Of a stretch of 64,000 nt of DNA, positions 31,735-40,932 are shown piece by piece. The notes beneath the pieces are model-generated. The model was not told the origin of the DNA, searched no databases, and was given only the letters and a program-made list of their open reading frames with translations. The position numbers and the translations under genes are program-made. Position 1 is the stretch's first letter. Each line of letters begins with the position of its first letter. Source of the stretch: an uncultured Actinomycetes bacterium (lineage in GTDB: Bacteria > Actinomycetota > Acidimicrobiia > Spongiisociales > DATADW01). The stretch spans positions 1 through 64,000 of the forward strand of contig CAWGRK010000016.1 in assembly GCA_963824995.1 (NCBI GenBank). The letters run 5' to 3'.

Positions 31735-32439
31735 TCACTCGATGGCGTCGGCGATGGCGACGGTGATGTTGTCGTGACCGCCGGCGGTGTTGGCGGCCTC
31801 GATGAGCGCCCACACGACCTCCTCCGGCGCACCGGAGCCGAGAAGCGGGAGGATGTGGTCATCGTCGATCATCGCGGTGAGCCCATCGGAGCACAGAAGA
31901 AGACGATCTCCCGGTTCCAGCGGTTCCTCGAACTCGTCCACCTCGAGGTGAAACTCCAACCCCAGAGCGCGGGTGACCAGGCTCCGCTGGGGGTGGTTCT
32001 CCGCTTCCTTCTCGGTCAACCTGCCGCTGGCCACATACTCGGCGACGACGGAATGATCCTGGGTCAACCGGCGAAGCTCGCCCTGACGAAGCAGGTAACC
32101 CCGGCTGTCACCGACATGGGCGAAACGCGCCGCGCCGCTGTTCTCGAGACGGGCAAGGGTCATCGTCGTGGCCATCCCGGCAAGACGGGGGCGGTTGGCC
32201 ACCTCCGCCAGGATCGCCCGGTTGGCAGAGAGCACGGCTTCCGCCGGCGCGAGATCGGGGTCGGAGGCGACCTCGATCGCCAGCCTGCTCGCCACCTCGC
32301 CACCAACGTGCCCCCCGAGACCGTCGGCGACCACGAGCAGAACCTCGTCACCGGTGCCGGCGCCTGTGGGATGGACCGCGTCCTCGTTGATAGGGCGTGC
32401 CCTGCCCGGGTGGGTCGCCGTCGACCACAGGTACCTCAC
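31735..32439 (-). CDS. pstP: PP2C-family Ser/Thr phosphatase (soluble, no TM tail)
   Basis: GRARPINED, VADGLGGH, HVGDSRGY, LCSDGL, GGHDNIT. Confidence 0.93.
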   Translation of the reverse strand: MRYLWSTATHPGRARPINEDAVHPTGAGTGDEVLLVVADGLGGHVGGEVASRLAIEVASDPDLAPAEAVLSANRAILAEVANRPRLAGMATTMTLARLENSGAARFAHVGDSRGYLLRQGELRRLTQDHSVVAEYVASGRLTEKEAENHPQRSLVTRALGLEFHLEVDEFEEPLEPGDRLLLCSDGLTAMIDDDHILPLLGSGAPEEVVWALIEAANTAGGHDNITVAIADAIE

Positions 32440-32849
32440 TTCACCTCCAAGACGGTTTTCCCGATCTGAACCGCATCGCCCCGGTTGAGGTCGAGGGGCG
32501 ACGACACCCGGCGGCCATTGACGTAGGTGCCGTTCGTGCTCCCCAGGTCGTGGAGCACCAATCGCCCGTCCTTGGCGACGAAGCGGACGTGGAACTCGGA
32601 AGCGTAGGGGTCCTCGATCTTGATGTCGGCCTCGTTGCTCCGGCCGAGCACCATCACGTCACGAACCGTCACATCCAAACCAGGCTGGGCATCCGACCTG
32701 ACCACCACCAGGCGGGCCCCGGCCCGCTTTGCCCTCCTCGGCTCGGTGACCCCGAGATAACGAACGAGGGCGCGGGCGATCTGCCACACGAAGAGGTAGA
32801 TGAGCGCGAGGAATATCAGCTTGAGGAGGGTGAGGACCAGAGCAGGCAT
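32436..32849 (-). CDS. fhaB: Membrane-anchored FHA domain protein FhaB/FipA
   Basis: N-terminal TM, LGRS, ASEFH, DLGSTNGT. Confidence 0.88.
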   Translation of the reverse strand: MPALVLTLLKLIFLALIYLFVWQIARALVRYLGVTEPRRAKRAGARLVVVRSDAQPGLDVTVRDVMVLGRSNEADIKIEDPYASEFHVRFVAKDGRLVLHDLGSTNGTYVNGRRVSSPLDLNRGDAVQIGKTVLEVK

Positions 32850-32859
32850 CGCAGAACCG

Positions 32860-33510
32860 TCACGCCGTCCGGAAGGTGTACGGGATCGGCCCGAACGAGA
32901 TCACCGATGTCGTAGGGAGGCTGGTGGGGCCTTCCACCAGCAATCCGTCGAGAGTGGTCCCATTGGCCGACCCGAGATCGTCGATCCAGGCGCTCCCGGC
33001 CTCACGCCAGATCAGGGCATGGATGCGACTCACCCCGGGGTGGATGAGCACGGCATCGCACGAAGAGGAGCGCCCCACAACATCCCGGTTGTGAAGGAGC
33101 CCCGCCCGCTCGCGCCCCATCAAGTAGGCCCACGCCGGACGGTCGCCGGGCCGTGTCACCCCTCGACAGCCGACGGTTCCCGGTGTGACCGACTCATCGA
33201 GCACGACGCGCACCGTGCACGGTCCCTCGAGTCGCCATCCCCGCTCCCCCGCGGTCTGCTCCAGTCCCGCGGCCAACTCGGTGACCAGCGGGTCGGGTAC
33301 CTCGACATCCTGGAGGTCGGCGGGATGTATGGAGATCGTCCATTCGTTCGAGACCCCGGGCCCCGAAGGTGTCTGGTGCACGGTCAGATCGGCCTCACGG
33401 ATGAGCCGACCCCCGAGTTCCACCGGATGGAGGTTCCCACGGAAGACCCGTCCGGCGAGCCCGTCCATGAGTCGCTCCAAGCGGCGCTCCAGGTCTCGCA
33501 CCAGTCGCAC
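32860..33510 (-). CDS. fhaA: FhaA (DUF3662 + FHA)
   Basis: LERRLERLMDG..F...LHPVEL N-domain; VGRS, VSRIHA, DLGSANGT. Confidence 0.88.
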   Translation of the reverse strand: MRLVRDLERRLERLMDGLAGRVFRGNLHPVELGGRLIREADLTVHQTPSGPGVSNEWTISIHPADLQDVEVPDPLVTELAAGLEQTAGERGWRLEGPCTVRVVLDESVTPGTVGCRGVTRPGDRPAWAYLMGRERAGLLHNRDVVGRSSSCDAVLIHPGVSRIHALIWREAGSAWIDDLGSANGTTLDGLLVEGPTSLPTTSVISFGPIPYTFRTA

Positions 33511-33598
33511 CGGCGGGAGTGTAAGTGGGGCACCCTCATAGGCCAGTCGGCTGGGGCGACGGCAGACCGGGCTGGTACCATCTCCGTGCCAGATCCCC

Positions 33599-33682
33599 GG
33601 GCGAGTGGCGGAATTGGCAGACGCGGAGGATTCAGGTTCCTGTGGGCTTACGCTCGTGGGGGTTCAAGTCCCCCCTCGCCCA
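33599..33682 (+). tRNA. tRNA-Leu (CAG)
   Basis: GGGCGAG/CTCGCCC-A acceptor, TGGCGGAATTGGCAGACGCG D arm, TTCAGGT loop, long variable arm, GGTTCAAGTCC. Confidence 0.96.
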
Positions 33683-33706
33683 CCCTCCCCCGACCGGAGA
33701 CGAACC

Positions 33707-34714
33707 TTGTTCCCCCAGGATCCCCGCCGACGCAGGAAGCGCCGCCGGTACCTGGTTCCCCTCATCGTCACAGCACTGCTTCTGATCGCCTGGGGAGCGA
33801 CCTCTCTTCGCAGTGACGACAGGACCAGGGTCGGCTTCTTCGACGCGCTCGTCCAGCACGCAGAGACTCAGTCGGCGACCGCCGTCGGCTTCCAACAACT
33901 CCTCGCCACGTTGAGCAGCGTCGATCGAGACCTGGTATCCGACCGGATGGCCGAACTGCGCGAGGAACTGACCGCATCCACCGAGCAACTCGACCAGGAA
34001 GAGGTCCCAGAAGGTGCCGAGGCCGCCAGCGCCCTGTTCGACCTTGCCCTCGAGGAGTGGGACGCTGGGCTGGCCGCCTTCGACACTTCGCTGCTCGCCG
34101 TGGCCGACGACCCGGAGTCGGAGGAGGCGGTCGAGGGACTGGCCGGCTCCATCCAGCGGATCGCAGTGGGGGATCTGCTCTACCGCCGTTTCCTCGAGGA
34201 ATCCGAGGCCCTGCGCTCCAACCTCGATGTGGCCGTCGCCTCCACATATCCCGAAGTCAGCTTCATTCCCGAACGATTCGCAGGAACGAGCGCCGCAGCC
34301 AGCATCGCCGGGACGGTTCGAGCCAATCCCTCGCTCGACCTCAACCCCGACATCGAGATCAACCAGGTCAGCTTCGAGCCGGAAGCGGTGCTCAACACCG
34401 AGGATCAACTGGTCGTGCCGGCAACCAACGAAGTGAATGTCAGCGTGGTCGTCGCCAACGTGGGAAACGTGCCCCGACGCGGTGGCCAGTTGCGGGTCCG
34501 ACTGGAGAACGCTGACGGCGACGTGGCCGAGACCATGTCGGCTTCCTATCCGGAGTTGGACGCCCGTGCAAGCACGAGCGTCACCTTCGACCCGGTGCCC
34601 GTCGAACCGGGGTTCGACTATGTGTTGGTGATAACGCTCGTAGCCGGTGATGGCGAACAGAACCTCGAGAACAACGTGGAAGAGGTTCCGTTCTCGGTCA
34701 ACGCTGCGGGCTGA
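33707..34714 (+). CDS. Membrane-anchored hypothetical protein with helical region and C-terminal CARDB/Ig-like domain
   Basis: Basic stretch plus TM, acidic helical region, 'VSVVVANVGN...GEQNLENN'; start TTG 33707 because the ORF upstream overlaps the tRNA. Confidence 0.7.
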   Translation: MFPQDPRRRRKRRRYLVPLIVTALLLIAWGATSLRSDDRTRVGFFDALVQHAETQSATAVGFQQLLATLSSVDRDLVSDRMAELREELTASTEQLDQEEVPEGAEAASALFDLALEEWDAGLAAFDTSLLAVADDPESEEAVEGLAGSIQRIAVGDLLYRRFLEESEALRSNLDVAVASTYPEVSFIPERFAGTSAAASIAGTVRANPSLDLNPDIEINQVSFEPEAVLNTEDQLVVPATNEVNVSVVVANVGNVPRRGGQLRVRLENADGDVAETMSASYPELDARASTSVTFDPVPVEPGFDYVLVITLVAGDGEQNLENNVEEVPFSVNAAG

Positions 34715-34742
34715 GACCGCTCCGCCGGTACGATCGCAACCC

Positions 34743-36005
34743 ATGCTCGATCCGGCTTTGCTGCGTGAAGACCCAGAGCGGGTCCGTCGCTCCCTGGAGC
34801 GCCGCGGAATGCAGGTTGACATCGACGGCCTGGCCGAACTCGACAGCCTCCGTCGCCAGGCGCGTCATGCGGCCGAGGAGGTGCGTGCCGAGCAACGGGC
34901 CCTGGGCAAGACGATCGCCCAACTCGACGGCACCGAGAAGGAGGCGGCGATCTCCACTGCCGCCAGGCTGGCTGACTCCTATCAGACGCTCTCCGCCCGC
35001 GCCGAGGAACTCGACGCCGGCTTCCTCGATGGTTGGGCAGATCTTCCCAACCTGGTGGACGACACCGCTGCCGATGGGCTGACCGAGGACGACTCTGTCG
35101 AGATCCGTCGCGTGGGAGATCCGCCGCGCTTCGATGGTGACCCCGCCGACCACCAGGCACTGGGGGAGGCCCTCGGCGTCATCGACATGGAACGCGCTTC
35201 CAAGGTCTCGGGTGCCCGATTTGCCTACCTGGCGGGCGACGCCGTGCTGCTCGAGATGGCGCTCCTGCGCTGGGCGATCGACCGCGTCGCCCCTCACGGG
35301 TTCACACCTGTCATGCCGCCGGTGCTGGTCAGGGAGAATGCTCTGTACGGGACCGGGTTCTTCCCCGAGGCGCGAGACCAGGTGTATGCGTTCGAAGCCG
35401 ACGGCCTTTTCCTAGTGGGGACGTCGGAGGTGTCGCTCGCAGCGCGCCACACCGACGAGATCCTCGATCTCTCCAACGGCCCGATCCGATATGCCGGGAT
35501 CTCCACCTGCTTCCGACGCGAGGCCGGCACATACGGGAAGGACACCCGCGGGGTCTTCCGGGTTCACCAGTTCGACAAGGTGGAGATGTTCAGCTTCACC
35601 CGCCCCGAGGAATCGGTGGCCGAGCACGAGTTGCTGCTCACCGTCGAGGAGGAGATATTCACCGCCCTCGGGATCCCGTATCGCGTTGTCAACACCGCCG
35701 CCGGCGACCTGGGCCCGTCAGCCGCCAAGAAGTACGACATCGAAGCCTGGTTCCCCTCGCAGCAGCGTTACCGCGAGCTGACCTCGTGCTCGAACACCAC
35801 CGACTACCAGGCACGACGGCTACGAATACGCCATCGCGGCGAAGCGGGGACCGAATTGGTGCACACCCTCAACGGGACGGCGATGGCGGTCCCGAGGACG
35901 GTGGCGGCGATCATGGAGAACTTCCAGCAACCCGACGGCTCCGTCTTGATTCCCGACCCCCTCCACCCCCACACCGGCTTCGACCGAATGGTTCGTCGAG
36001 GCTGA
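34743..36005 (+). CDS. serS: Serine--tRNA ligase
   Basis: N-terminal coiled coil, GTSEV, CFRREAG, HQFDKVE, ELTSCSN, HTLNGT. Confidence 0.97.
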   Translation: MLDPALLREDPERVRRSLERRGMQVDIDGLAELDSLRRQARHAAEEVRAEQRALGKTIAQLDGTEKEAAISTAARLADSYQTLSARAEELDAGFLDGWADLPNLVDDTAADGLTEDDSVEIRRVGDPPRFDGDPADHQALGEALGVIDMERASKVSGARFAYLAGDAVLLEMALLRWAIDRVAPHGFTPVMPPVLVRENALYGTGFFPEARDQVYAFEADGLFLVGTSEVSLAARHTDEILDLSNGPIRYAGISTCFRREAGTYGKDTRGVFRVHQFDKVEMFSFTRPEESVAEHELLLTVEEEIFTALGIPYRVVNTAAGDLGPSAAKKYDIEAWFPSQQRYRELTSCSNTTDYQARRLRIRHRGEAGTELVHTLNGTAMAVPRTVAAIMENFQQPDGSVLIPDPLHPHTGFDRMVRRG

Positions 36006-36012
36006 GGGGTAT

Positions 36013-36214
36013 CGGCGTTCTGTGGGCCCGAACCGCGCCTCTGCAACACCTCGAACCCAGGGTTGCTCCGGACCGCTCGACCCGGCGTTCTGTGGGCCCG
36101 AACCGCGCCTCTGCAACACCTCGAACCCAGGGTTGCTCCGCACCGTTCGACCCGGCGTTCTGTGGGCCGAACCGCGCCTCTGCAACACCTCGAACCCAGG
36201 GTTCGCTCCGGACC
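36013..36214. repeat. 70-bp tandem repeat, about 2.9 near-identical copies
   Basis: Unit CGGCGTTCTGTGGGCCCGAACCGCGCCTCTGCAACACCTCGAACCCAGGGTTGCTCCG... starts at 36013, 36083 and 36153. Confidence 0.92.
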
Positions 36215-36238
36215 GCCGTCCGCCGTCCGAAAGACAAG

Positions 36239-36510
36239 GACCGTGCACCCCTCCATCGAGTACCTGTCCGGTGGTGCTACTCGTCGATCGGCTCCGGCCA
36301 GGCGCTCCCACGGCACCCGGGGCGGACCACTTAGGGCTGCTTCCTTCCGGACCTGACCCGGTTCGCGGCGCCCCGCCGCGGAGGACCCAACCTTCAACAC
36401 CGATCTTCGAGCGCGTGCCGCCGGGTGGTGGCCCTCAGGAGGGGGACTCAGCCCCGCATCGAGAGGGTTTCGGGTACAGGGCACCCCTAACGCCCCGCCT
36501 AGCACGGCCC
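36239..36510 (-). ncRNA. ffs: Large (Alu-domain-containing, Bacillus scRNA-type) SRP RNA
   Basis: GGTCAGGTCCGGAAGGAAGCAGCC helix-8 motif; 5' GCCGTGCTAGGCGGGG..GGTGCCCCTGTACC pairs with 3' GGTGCACGGT; about 270 nt. Confidence 0.92.
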
Positions 36511-36529
36511 TTGGGCGCGATGGTAGCGG

Positions 36530-36622
36530 TGGCGGAGGGAGCGGGATTTGAACCCGCGAGGCGGGATTACCGCCTACACGCTTTCCAGGCGTGCGCACTA
36601 GGCCGGACTATGCGATCCCTCC
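36530..36622 (-). tRNA. tRNA-Ser (GGA), CCA encoded
   Basis: GGAGGGA acceptor, CACGC-CTGGAAA-GCGTG anticodon arm, long variable arm, GGTTCAAATCC. Confidence 0.96.
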
Positions 36623-36639
36623 AGACCCTTAGTGTATCG

Positions 36640-37122
36640 GTGGTGGCTGACCCGCCCTTCGAGAAGGCGATGCGGCTCGCCCTCGAGCAGGCGGCGCTGG
36701 CTGCCGGTGAGGGAGAGGTCCCTGTGGGTGCGGTCCTCCTCGATTCCGACGGCAATCCGGTGGACGCCGATCACAACCGGCCCCGCCAGTTGAACGATCC
36801 AACCGCCCACGCCGAGATGCTCCTGCTGTCGAGGGTGTCCCGACACCGTTCCCACGGCCGTCTCGAGGGTCACACGCTGGTGGCGACCCTGGAGCCGTGC
36901 GCCATGTGCGCCGGGGCCGCGGTGCTCGCCCGGCTGGATCGGATCGTTTACGGAACGCCCGACCTGAAGGCCGGCGCATGTTGGAGCCTTTACAACATCC
37001 CCCAGGACCGCCGGCTCAACCATCACATCGACCTGGTGGCGGGGGTGCTCGAAGTTGAGTGCGCCGAGCTCCTTTCCGGGTTCTTCGCCGAACGGCGCGC
37101 CGATCAGGGCACAGCCAGCTGA
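36640..37122 (+). CDS. tadA: tRNA adenosine(34) deaminase
   Basis: GEVPVGAV, DPTAHAE, TLEPCAMCAGA, DLKAGA. Confidence 0.93.
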   Translation: MVADPPFEKAMRLALEQAALAAGEGEVPVGAVLLDSDGNPVDADHNRPRQLNDPTAHAEMLLLSRVSRHRSHGRLEGHTLVATLEPCAMCAGAAVLARLDRIVYGTPDLKAGACWSLYNIPQDRRLNHHIDLVAGVLEVECAELLSGFFAERRADQGTAS

Positions 37123-40110
37123 TCAGCCAGCCTCGATCACCGGGACCGACCCGAGTTGATCGACAGAAAGGTCGTCGGCACTACCCGTGCTGACCGGCGG
37201 AACTGTGAGACCGTCCTCCTGAGCGCCTTCTTCCGGTGTCGCCACGTCGAGGATCCGAGTGTCGTTGACGCCGCCGGCGCCACCGCCGATGCGGAACTGC
37301 GACGCTTCGGCGGATACATCTCGCACTCGGCGCACCCCGGGGGAGGGGAATCCCTCCTGGCTGAGCAGCGCCACGGCATAGCCCCACGAGGCGGGGTCAC
37401 CCTCGGGGAGGAGTTGGCGGGGGAGGCGGGCGACGACCCTGCCATCCTCCGAGAAGACGGTCACTTCGAAGGAGGGGCGGGTCTCTTCGGTAGTGCCGTC
37501 GGTCCCGGCCAGGTACAGAGCCGGTTCCCATCCCTCGACGGTGAGGGCTTGCTCCCATCCGTAGCCCTCGGGGAGTGCGGCGTTGCGGCCGGGGAGGAGG
37601 GTGCGACTCCCCGTCCCTTCCCCTGGGTCGGTATCCAAGTACAGGTCGAAGGTCTGCACCGATAGACCGCTCGGAGACCCCCATGGGTTCTGGATGGGCG
37701 CGGCGACATCGAATGTGACGACCACCTCGTCCCCTTCGACCCCAAGCTCGAACCCGGTCAGGTCGTAGCTTCCCGGCGTGAAGACAGGATCGGTCGGGTA
37801 GACGTAGGACCCGGGCCCGTGGTCGTCCCCGGTCGGGTCCTCCATGGTGAGGGCGACGGCAACGTCGGAGATGTCGGGGACGGTCAGACCCATCGGCCCG
37901 GCCCGAGGGAGGGGTCGCGGGCCGGCGGTCGGATCGACCAGTTTGGCCAAGACCACATCACCCGACTCAACCGCGTCGTCGAGAGGAATACCGATCTCGA
38001 TCACGTCGCCGATGGCGGACGGAACCTCCTTGCACACCTCGGGGTGACGGACCCCTCCCGGCGGACAGAGTGACGCAGCCTCTCCGTCCCAGAGGATCAC
38101 CGACGTGGCACCGAAGCCGAGCGGCACGCCGTCGAAGGTCGTGGCCACCTTGTCGCCACTGGGGGCGCCGAGGTAGATCTCGAAGCCACCGGTCGATGGC
38201 AGGTCGAGCATCATCGAGAGCGTTTCCTGATCGAACCCCCAGCGGAGCACTGCCTGATCGACCAGATAGGCGCCCGCCTGGTCCCACTCGGCCTCCTGCT
38301 CGCCATCGATCGTCGCCGTGAAGAGCCCGGCGGGCTGCCCCTCGGCGGCGATCGGGTCCTCGGAAATGATGGGGATGGCGACGAAGTCGGGGATTTCCTG
38401 CCCCATGGACAGGTAGACCTCTCCAAGCAGGGCGCGGAATGCGGTGTCGAAGTATTTGTCGTCGCCGGACTCCTGGTCGGACCCGTACCACCAGAACCAG
38501 TCCGATCCCTCGGCGAACAGCATCGCCTCGTAGGCAGCGTCCAGGTCTTCCGGTGATGCTGTGCCGTCGCTCTCGGCCGAATCGAGATCGTCTCTCACCT
38601 GGGCGAGGTACTCCCAGGCGGTGGCTTCTTCCTCCTCGCCGATCCACGTAGCGAAGTTGGGCTGGAACCAGGAGGCGGGGAACACCTCGTCGAGCGGGTC
38701 GGGGTCGCCAAAGCGCTCCAGGTACCCGGATGGGGTGATCGTCTCCACCCAATCGCTCTCAGAGATTCGCGTGTAGAGCGCCCGGAGGAAGTCCTTACCG
38801 TCGTTCTCGTAGCTCTCCCAAGCGTTCTCACCGTCGAGCACCACCGAGACCACGGCTGGCAGGTCCGGGTTGTCGTAACCGACCTCGTCGAGTTGGTCGG
38901 CTATGTCCTCGAGCCGTGCCATGAAATCGTCGGCTGCCGCCTCGGCTCCGGTCCCCGAATACTCGAAGCCGATCAGGTCGGAGAGCAGGTTGTCCCGGAA
39001 GAACATGGGGACGGGTGGGTTTCGGCTGAGCGTCGCCTCCCAAGGGCGGTAGAGAATGTCGGCCTCGGCCACGACGTCATCGGCGTCGCGGGTGAACGAG
39101 CCGATGTCCAGCGACTGGGCCAGCACGTCTTCCCCGGTCGCTACCCACTGCACGTCGTTCTTGGAGAAGAGCGACATCACCAACTGGGCCACCGCCCCCT
39201 CACCCGGCCACATCCCCTGGGGTCGTCGTCCAAGCAGACGCTCCGCCGTATCGAGCCCTCGGATGACCTGCTCGTCTGCGTCCACCACCTCGCTGAACCC
39301 GGTCTCGGGGAGCAGAGCAGCAGGGTCGCCCACCGCCGCCAACGACTGATCGGCTATCAGGGGGAGTATGGGATGAGCGAGGGGTGTGGTGGTCACCTCG
39401 ATCAGACCGTCGTTCCACATTTCGGCGTGAAGCGGTATCACCTCCTCGACGATGCGCAGATGTTCGGCGAGAACGGTCTCCTTGTCCTCCTCGTCAAAAC
39501 CGCTCCCCTTATCCACCAACGCCGACAGAGGTTCCTGCTCGAGGAAGGAGGGATCGGTCCAAGCCAGGTTGAACAGCACCTGGAGATCGGTGATGTCGTC
39601 GTCGGCCCAGGACTCTGGGGGCAGGGTGCGCATCGTCGCCAACTCGGCGAAGCGGGGGAAGCGGTCGATGATGCGCGGGTTGACGTCGAAGAACCGCTCG
39701 ACGACGAACCGACGCTGGCCGCGGGTGAGGTCTTCGGCAGGAATCACCGTGTGCTGCCAGTAGCTGTCGACGGCGCCCTCGGTGATGTCCTCCAGTTGGA
39801 GGAGGAGGGTTGGGGTCAGGTTGAAGGTCACGTTAAGTTCGGGGAACTCCCCGACCAGTGTCGCCATGTCCAAGTAGTCCTTGGCGGCGTGGAGACGGAC
39901 CCAGGGTCGGGAGACCACCCCGTCGAAGTCCTTCGGGTAGAGCGGCTGGTGCTGGTGCCACATCAGGTTGAGGTAGATCCGAGGCTCGGCAGTAGCGGTC
40001 GAAGGCGGCACTGCGCTGGAGGTGGGTGCACCGGTTCCGTCGTCGGGGGTCTGCCCGGTACAGGCGGCGACGAGCACCAGGGCCAAGCCGGCTGCAGCCG
40101 TCGCTCGCAT
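37123..40110 (-). CDS. GH57 amylopullulanase lipoprotein with C-terminal glucodextranase/DOMON-like domain
   Basis: Lipobox LVAAC; WHQHQP, GMWPGEGAV (Glu nucleophile), LDGENAW (Asp), AEGSDWFWW; DPTGDDHGPGSYVYPT and NPWGSPSGLSVQ. Confidence 0.92.
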   Translation of the reverse strand: MRATAAAGLALVLVAACTGQTPDDGTGAPTSSAVPPSTATAEPRIYLNLMWHQHQPLYPKDFDGVVSRPWVRLHAAKDYLDMATLVGEFPELNVTFNLTPTLLLQLEDITEGAVDSYWQHTVIPAEDLTRGQRRFVVERFFDVNPRIIDRFPRFAELATMRTLPPESWADDDITDLQVLFNLAWTDPSFLEQEPLSALVDKGSGFDEEDKETVLAEHLRIVEEVIPLHAEMWNDGLIEVTTTPLAHPILPLIADQSLAAVGDPAALLPETGFSEVVDADEQVIRGLDTAERLLGRRPQGMWPGEGAVAQLVMSLFSKNDVQWVATGEDVLAQSLDIGSFTRDADDVVAEADILYRPWEATLSRNPPVPMFFRDNLLSDLIGFEYSGTGAEAAADDFMARLEDIADQLDEVGYDNPDLPAVVSVVLDGENAWESYENDGKDFLRALYTRISESDWVETITPSGYLERFGDPDPLDEVFPASWFQPNFATWIGEEEEATAWEYLAQVRDDLDSAESDGTASPEDLDAAYEAMLFAEGSDWFWWYGSDQESGDDKYFDTAFRALLGEVYLSMGQEIPDFVAIPIISEDPIAAEGQPAGLFTATIDGEQEAEWDQAGAYLVDQAVLRWGFDQETLSMMLDLPSTGGFEIYLGAPSGDKVATTFDGVPLGFGATSVILWDGEAASLCPPGGVRHPEVCKEVPSAIGDVIEIGIPLDDAVESGDVVLAKLVDPTAGPRPLPRAGPMGLTVPDISDVAVALTMEDPTGDDHGPGSYVYPTDPVFTPGSYDLTGFELGVEGDEVVVTFDVAAPIQNPWGSPSGLSVQTFDLYLDTDPGEGTGSRTLLPGRNAALPEGYGWEQALTVEGWEPALYLAGTDGTTEETRPSFEVTVFSEDGRVVARLPRQLLPEGDPASWGYAVALLSQEGFPSPGVRRVRDVSAEASQFRIGGGAGGVNDTRILDVATPEEGAQEDGLTVPPVSTGSADDLSVDQLGSVPVIEAG

Positions 40111-40146
40111 CGGGTGAGTGTATGGCTCTGCGCCAGTTGGCCCGGA

Positions 40147-40932
40147 TCAGCCCCGCTTCGCCAATGCCCGGGCGGCCAGCGACCATCCCAACACGGTCCA
40201 CGCCGTCACCACCAGCAGCGATGGTCCGACATCGGTGACCAACCCATCGGTCAGCCCGGCGCGCAACAGGTTGGCGATGTGCCAGAAGGGGAGCACTCGC
40301 TGAATCGAGGCAAGCCAGTCGGGGAACCGCTCGATGGGGACGATGATCGGGGTGAAGAGCAGGACGAAGAAGATGATCACGTTGGTGATCAGGTTGGTCA
40401 CCCGCGGCTCTGGTATCGCAACCGCCATCCCGAAACCGACCGAGCTGCCCATCAGCGCGGTAAGCAGCGCCACCGGTAAGACCCACCAGTGCGGCGCCAG
40501 CGCCACGTCGTAGCGAGCGGCGGCGACCCAGATCGTGGCAGCCACCCCGGGGAGCACCAGAAGGGTGAAGAGGGTGAACGTCGATGCCACCGTCACGGTT
40601 CGAGGAATCGGCAGCGACCAGGTGAATTCGTGGGTGCCCCTGACTCTGTCCTGCATCACGACGATCGGAACCAGCACGAATCCGACGGGGATGAGGGCCA
40701 GCGCGGCCACCCCGGTCACCAGGTAGAGGCGGGTCAGATCGTCGAGCTGCGGCCCCAAGTAGAACCCGTACATCAGAGCCGACCCCACGCCGAGGACGAG
40801 TTGGCTGAAGAACAGGGCAATCAGCATCTGACCCTGACGGGCCAGATCGAACCGGAGCATGACGAGATAGGAAGCCAGCCAGTGACCTAGGCCACGGCGG
40901 ACCCCGATCCCGTCGATCGTGGTTGCTGTCAC
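40147..40932 (-). CDS. ABC-2 type exporter permease
   Basis: Six TM helices, FTWSLPIPR; GTGA overlap with the upstream permease. Confidence 0.88.
   Translation of the reverse strand: MTATTIDGIGVRRGLGHWLASYLVMLRFDLARQGQMLIALFFSQLVLGVGSALMYGFYLGPQLDDLTRLYLVTGVAALALIPVGFVLVPIVVMQDRVRGTHEFTWSLPIPRTVTVASTFTLFTLLVLPGVAATIWVAAARYDVALAPHWWVLPVALLTALMGSSVGFGMAVAIPEPRVTNLITNVIIFFVLLFTPIIVPIERFPDWLASIQRVLPFWHIANLLRAGLTDGLVTDVGPSLLVVTAWTVLGWSLAARALAKRG

Noticed and set aside
36013..36214. CRISPR array
   Set aside because: Units are near-identical over their whole 70 bp with no unique spacers, and there are no cas genes
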